Below, piece after piece: positions 5,945-10,348 of a DNA stretch of 10,348 nucleotides. Location of the stretch: contig JBHHXN010000184.1 in the NCBI GenBank assembly GCA_046757025.1, positions 1-10,348 of the forward strand, in the 5' to 3' direction. Numbering within the stretch: position 1 is the first letter of the stretch; each line of letters opens with the position of its first letter. Origin of the DNA: a bacterium. GTDB lineage: Bacteria > Zhuqueibacterota > Zhuqueibacteria > Oceanimicrobiales > Oceanimicrobiaceae. Below the pieces are notes generated by a model. The model was not told the DNA's origin. It was given only the letters and a program-made list of their open reading frames with translations, and searched no databases. The translations under genes and the position numbers were made by a program.

Positions 5945-8900
5945 TCAGGGATAGAGCTGAGAACTACCTGGAGTCGGAATCTTAAATTGACCCAAAACGC
6001 CTGTCGGAATACGCATGACCATCGGGGAATTAGCTCGCCATTCGAAAGCGCCCATATCGATCATACCGTTGACCACAGACCTGGGAAGTCTTTCCAAATC
6101 AATGCCAGGACCGATAGACGCATCCGCCTGATCGATGACTGGAGAACCCGGCTGCAATCTCCAATTTAAATTGGCGGGATCCACGAACATGGGATCGAAG
6201 TTGAGGTTGTTGCCACTCATCTGAAACAGGCTTTTGGCTCTTTTCTGGTGAACCTGTGTTTTTGCGGTATTTTTTAACTCCCGCATAAACAAACTCCTGA
6301 TCTTAGTACTCATACTCAGCCAGTTGGTAAAGGACAGGGTTCCGTCTGATGCGATAGCAAGATGCGGTGCAGGAGAGCTGGTTTCGATAATTAGCTCTGG
6401 AGCCGTGCTGCCTTCTTTGGAGCTGTATTTTGCAGCATCGGAGGAAGCGTTTTTTATTCCGAAGCTGTAAACACCGTCTCCAGTTATAGCAGTAGAGACA
6501 TCAAACTCCACGATGTCACCTTTGGCAACGGCGCCGACGGAGCTTAATGGACTGCCGCCTATGGCCGGTGCGTTGTTCCAGTTCAGGCTGCCTTCATCCC
6601 AGCTACTGGCAATCGAATAGATTGAACCGCCGTCGTCACTGGCACTGACCACTTTCAATCGGAGCCGCGCACTGGTTACGTTGCCACTAAGTCCGTTCAC
6701 GGCGAACATCAAGTAAGCGTGCATCTCTTTTGAGGATGTTTTGCGCAAGCGAAGTTGGCTGGAACCGCCATAATTTTTACTGGACTTGTCTGACCGAGCA
6801 AATGCATCGTCAGTTGGGTTGAATGTGAAGGTACCTGGAGTTCCTCCGCCGCCAGCGTTGACGGTTATGATAACCTGGTCAGTTCCGGTCGCACCCTGAT
6901 TATCCGCTACTGTCAAAGTGATGTTGTGCGTACCCACTGTAAGCGATACCGAAGGTGTAATGCCAGTAGCGAAGACAAGTCCGCCTTCACTCCAGTCGTA
7001 GCTAACAATACTGCCGTCGGTGTCATAAGAGTCGCTGCCATCGAGCGAGACTATTTCAGCACCTGAGTTGTCAGAGTCAGTTACTGTTTGGTCAGGTCCG
7101 GCGTCCGCGACGGGTGGTGTGTTGGCGCCGCCGCCAGCGTTGACCGTCACCACTACTTGATCCGCTGCGGTTGCACCGTGGTCATCGGATACTGTCAAAA
7201 CGATGGTGTGGACACCCACGGCAAGATTTACCGTAGGTACGCTACCAGTCGCAATGGTACTCCCGCTTTCACTCCAGTCATAACTCATAATAGTACCATC
7301 GGAATCGTAGGAACCGCTGCCATCCAGCGTAACCATTTCATCATCCGAGTTGTCGCTGTCGGTCACGGTTTGATCCGCACCGGCATCCGCTATGGGCGGA
7401 GTGTTGCCTCCGCCGCCGCTACTGGTTTCGATGATCAGCTCTGGCGGAGTGGAACCCTCTTTTGAGCTAAATTTAGCGATGTCGGACGAATTGTTCTTCA
7501 GTCCAAAGGAATAGGTACCGTTCCCCGATATAGCGGAGGATACATCGAATTCTACCATATCGCCACTTGAAATTTTGCCAGCAGAACTCAATGACGAACC
7601 AGGAAACTGCGGTGCACTCTCCCAGGTGACATTGTCTTCATTCCAGTCATTAGTTACCGCATAAATGGAGCCGCCATCTTTACTGCCATTGCGAACTTTC
7701 AGGCGAACCTTTGCATTCAAGATCGAACCACTCAGTCCCGTTACATCGAACTTCAGAAAACTGTGAAATGTTGTGGAGGAATTACGCACGCGAAGATCGC
7801 GTCTCCGGCCATAATTATTCAATTTACGATTGGATCGTACATAGCTATCGTCAGTCGGAATAAATGAAACGGTAGTTGGTGTGATGGCGTTCACGGTTAC
7901 GCTAACTACGTCTGTGCTCGAAGCGCCGCGTTCATCAAACACTTTCAGTAAAATGGTGTGAGAACCGATTGCCAATTCCACCGTTGGATTCACACCCGTT
8001 GCGAGGGGTGCGCCGTTTTCGGTCCAGGTGTAGCTGACGATGGAGCCGTCGGAGTCTGAAGAGCCGCTGCCATCGAGGGTTACGGGTTCGGAGCCGCTGT
8101 TGTCCAGGTCTTTGAGGGCCTGGTTGGCGCCGGCATCGGCGGTGGGCGGCTGGTTATTGTAATCGTAGCCTCCCATGATGTTGTTAAAGGCGACCTGGCT
8201 GAAGCTGTTGGAGTTTTGTTCGCTCAGCCATTCCGGCTGCACATGGGGGTTGTCCACGTGCAACTGATCGGGTGTCCAGACATAGTTTTTAGCCCAGGTG
8301 TAATCCAGGTCTTCTTCTTCCCCGCCTTCCACTGGCTGCTGGTAATTCACACGCCAGTTGCCCCAGATGATGTTGTTGAAGATCATCGGATCACTGTATC
8401 CAGGCGGCATATAAACGCTGCCGTCTGGTTTTTCAGCAATGTACTCGTGGCCATGGCGTTCGCTGTCGATACCGCCACCGGCGGGGTCAAAGCTGCCCAT
8501 CACCATATTGCCGACGATGGTGTTATTGAATATTTTAGCATCACGGATATCGTCCAATGCAAGAGCGGCGCCGCGGGCATGGTTCTCGCCGTGATCGTCG
8601 GCGATGTTTTCCGCGAACAAGTTGTTATAGACGTTGATGTGGGACAGGGTGTCGGCAATGTCTTCAAAACTGATGGCGCCGCCGTCATCCGGTGTCCAGT
8701 TGCGCAGAAAAACGTTACCGTAGATATCTGCAGGTCCAGAGTCTTCAAGGAACATCGCTCCGCCGTGGTCTTCGGCTTTGTTTTCCATCATGACGTTGCC
8801 ATAGACTTTGAGATGGTCCTTGATCTCATACAAACAGACAGCGCCGCCGTAATCCGCCGACCAGTTGTGAAACAGAATGTTGTTGTAGATTTCATAGGTA

Positions 8901-10348
8901 CCTGGAGGCGGGCCGGGGTTGTAATCGTCCCAGACATGCTCGGGCTGGCCGTGCTCTTCAGAGTACTCCGGTTCGTCGTTGACGCTGATGCCGCCGCCGT
9001 AGCCGCCGAAGTTGCCGTTTTCGGCGATGACGTTGGACCAGATCTTGACGTTGTGGTTGGAGTAATGCAGCCAGATACCGCCGCCGTAGTAGCCGCCGTT
9101 GCGGAAGATGATGTTGTTGTTGATATCGAGATCGGAATTGCCGTAATCGCAGAAAATTCCGGCGCCGATTTCTTCAAGAACAGTGCCACCGGTTATGGTA
9201 AAGCCGCAGACACGGATATCAGATTTTGCGCCATGAATACCGCCTTTTCCAATAAAAATGGTTGGTCCGGCGCCGCCGCCTTCGCCCTGGTGTTGAATTT
9301 GCATGCGTTCGGGCAGGCCGTTGATGGTGGTTTCATGAGGTCCCGAACCGATCAGGTGAACGTGGTTTTTATCGATTTTTACACGTTCATTGTAGGTGCC
9401 AGGCGCTACGAATATATATCTCGGGGTTCGGTTAGGTAAATTGTTTACGGCCTCCTGTATGGTGTTCCAGGGGTTGGCCTTGCTACCGTCTTCCGGACCG
9501 CTGTTGCTGGCATCCACATAAACAGACCGTTTTCTCATATAAGAAGCTCTGCTGGATCTATAGTTGATTTCAACCATCAATGCGTTAGAAAGGCCGGTTG
9601 TGGTTGCGACTAAGAGGGGACCGCTAATGGCATCTGAGGGTATTTCGACGTCGATGTAATTGTCGGTCCATTCGAGCACGTCCAGGGGCTGTCCGGCCAG
9701 GCTGACGGTCTGGTACCCCTGGGCGTCGCCGAAATTGAAGCCCTGGATGCGATAGGTATCGCCGGGAGCCAGAATGACCGGTGGGCTGGCCGCCAATTTG
9801 GTGTTTTTCCCTTTGGCTCCTGTGCGTCCCAGAACCTGTGCTGGCGGCGCGCCGGGCACGATGATGGTGGGCTCGGTAAACAGAATGAGCGGGTCCTGGT
9901 TACATCCGAAGGTAAAGGGGGCGGTGGCCGTGGGCACGAGGGACCAGTCGGCTTCGAATTTGAATTTGCCCTGTCCGAAGGTGTAGGGAAGAATCAGGGG
10001 CAAATAGTTGGGGCAGAATCCCGGCAGAGTGGGGTCGTTGCCGGCGTAGATATGCACGCCGGGCGCGAAGCGGCGTTCCATTTCGGGTTTTTGCACGGGA
10101 TCTTCCCCGGGTGGACAATCGCCCGGGTAGGCGGCGGCATGGCAGAGTGGATTGCCCATGAAGCCGGCGCCCATGAGATAGCCGAGGTGGTCGTAGACGC
10201 CTACGGGGGCGCCGGGCACGCCGGCTTTTTCTGCGAACAGCAGACTTCTGGCATCGCCGGGATCGGGCGTAAACTCGCCGCCGCGGTTATCGATGTTGAC
10301 GTCGTCGAAGACGCCGCCTTCGATTTCGCCGGCCAGGGGCACGCCGAA
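5945..10348 (-). CDS. Very large extracellular multidomain protein, 5'-truncated (>1465 aa): IPT/TIG - right-handed beta-helix (pectin-lyase-like) - PKD - DNRLRE/CBM96 - PKD - PKD - DNRLRE/CBM96 - choice-of-anchor-Q-like tail
   Basis: The frame is open to the window edge (…TTC GGC GTG CCC), so GTG 10342 is probably not the start. IPT ~9560-9790. Beta-helix ~8165-9527 (VYVDASN..DGS.ANPWNTIQEAV, then repeated N.I..N....GGGI). PKD units NxPPxADAG…VTLDGSxSxDxDGxIxSYxW at ~7886-8157, ~7136-7405 and ~6854-7123. DNRLRE/CBM96-like units PTDD…NYG…L.F.V…SSKEG..PELIIET at ~7424-7872 and ~6380-6833. Tail DPMFVDPANLNWRLQPGSPVID…IDMGAFE at ~6038-6220. Confidence 0.9.
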   Translation of the reverse strand, partial: FGVPLAGEIEGGVFDDVNIDNRGGEFTPDPGDARSLLFAEKAGVPGAPVGVYDHLGYLMGAGFMGNPLCHAAAYPGDCPPGEDPVQKPEMERRFAPGVHIYAGNDPTLPGFCPNYLPLILPYTFGQGKFKFEADWSLVPTATAPFTFGCNQDPLILFTEPTIIVPGAPPAQVLGRTGAKGKNTKLAASPPVILAPGDTYRIQGFNFGDAQGYQTVSLAGQPLDVLEWTDNYIDVEIPSDAISGPLLVATTTGLSNALMVEINYRSSRASYMRKRSVYVDASNSGPEDGSKANPWNTIQEAVNNLPNRTPRYIFVAPGTYNERVKIDKNHVHLIGSGPHETTINGLPERMQIQHQGEGGGAGPTIFIGKGGIHGAKSDIRVCGFTITGGTVLEEIGAGIFCDYGNSDLDINNNIIFRNGGYYGGGIWLHYSNHNVKIWSNVIAENGNFGGYGGGISVNDEPEYSEEHGQPEHVWDDYNPGPPPGTYEIYNNILFHNWSADYGGAVCLYEIKDHLKVYGNVMMENKAEDHGGAMFLEDSGPADIYGNVFLRNWTPDDGGAISFEDIADTLSHINVYNNLFAENIADDHGENHARGAALALDDIRDAKIFNNTIVGNMVMGSFDPAGGGIDSERHGHEYIAEKPDGSVYMPPGYSDPMIFNNIIWGNWRVNYQQPVEGGEEEDLDYTWAKNYVWTPDQLHVDNPHVQPEWLSEQNSNSFSQVAFNNIMGGYDYNNQPPTADAGANQALKDLDNSGSEPVTLDGSGSSDSDGSIVSYTWTENGAPLATGVNPTVELAIGSHTILLKVFDERGASSTDVVSVTVNAITPTTVSFIPTDDSYVRSNRKLNNYGRRRDLRVRNSSTTFHSFLKFDVTGLSGSILNAKVRLKVRNGSKDGGSIYAVTNDWNEDNVTWESAPQFPGSSLSSAGKISSGDMVEFDVSSAISGNGTYSFGLKNNSSDIAKFSSKEGSTPPELIIETSSGGGGNTPPIADAGADQTVTDSDNSDDEMVTLDGSGSYDSDGTIMSYDWSESGSTIATGSVPTVNLAVGVHTIVLTVSDDHGATAADQVVVTVNAGGGANTPPVADAGPDQTVTDSDNSGAEIVSLDGSDSYDTDGSIVSYDWSEGGLVFATGITPSVSLTVGTHNITLTVADNQGATGTDQVIITVNAGGGGTPGTFTFNPTDDAFARSDKSSKNYGGSSQLRLRKTSSKEMHAYLMFAVNGLSGNVTSARLRLKVVSASDDGGSIYSIASSWDEGSLNWNNAPAIGGSPLSSVGAVAKGDIVEFDVSTAITGDGVYSFGIKNASSDAAKYSSKEGSTAPELIIETSSPAPHLAIASDGTLSFTNWLSMSTKIRSLFMRELKNTAKTQVHQKRAKSLFQMSGNNLNFDPMFVDPANLNWRLQPGSPVIDQADASIGPGIDLERLPRSVVNGMIDMGAFEWRANSPMVMRIPTGVLGQFKIPTPGSSQLYP
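6380..8157 (-). repeat. Intragenic domain repeats: three PKD and two DNRLRE/CBM96-like modules
   Basis: Near-identical peptides recur, e.g. DIAKFSSKEGSTPPELIIETSS vs DAAKYSSKEGSTAPELIIETSS, and NTPPIADAGADQTVTDSDNS vs NTPPVADAGPDQTVTDSDNS, joined by GGGG linkers. Confidence 0.9.

Noticed and set aside
6380..8157. CRISPR array or DNA-level tandem repeat
   Set aside because: The repeats are protein-domain duplications diverged at synonymous sites, with no constant repeat-spacer periodicity.
8216..9439. 407-aa ORF on the + strand
   Set aside because: Antisense shadow of the GC-rich beta-helix coding region. Its V/D/A-rich composition mirrors the Asn/Ile/Gly codons on the other strand, and it has no recognisable motifs.
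5927..10118. Short ORFs overlapping the giant gene (5927-6169, 7088-7465, 8500-8748, 8788-9189, 9774-9986, 9900-10118)
   Set aside because: Shadow or off-frame ORFs of a long CDS with a clear domain structure.

Overview
Bacterial (diderm) genomic DNA in four parts. (1) 1-255: a non-coding cluster of small palindromic or mobile repeats (MITE-like inverted ends plus a 24-bp REP-like unit). (2) 561-4580 (+): a tightly packed six-gene operon of exported redox proteins behind a near-consensus sigma54 (-24/-12) promoter. It encodes a small di-heme c-type cytochrome lipoprotein (CX4CH + CX2CH), a TlpA-like thioredoxin, a DUF4266 lipoprotein, a DUF3570 outer-membrane beta-barrel with two flavinylation-like motifs, a Tat-exported NusG-domain-II protein and the flavin transferase ApbE. 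(3) 4822-5832 (+): a TrxR-fold flavoprotein lacking CxxC (FqrB-like), followed by a bidirectional terminator. (4) 5945->10348 (-): the 3' part of a very large secreted protein (IPT/TIG, right-handed beta-helix, PKD x3, DNRLRE/CBM96-like x2, choice-of-anchor-Q-like tail). The best candidate for a new system is the sigma54-controlled heme + thiol + covalent-FMN outer-envelope redox operon. From memory, its TlpA/DUF4266/DUF3570/ApbE core is a known gene neighbourhood; the cytochrome, the Tat-NusG-II partner and the sigma54 control are the additions. Family assignments come from motif recognition by eye, not database searches. Several start codons were moved downstream of the supplied ORF track based on RBS, signal-peptide and promoter evidence.
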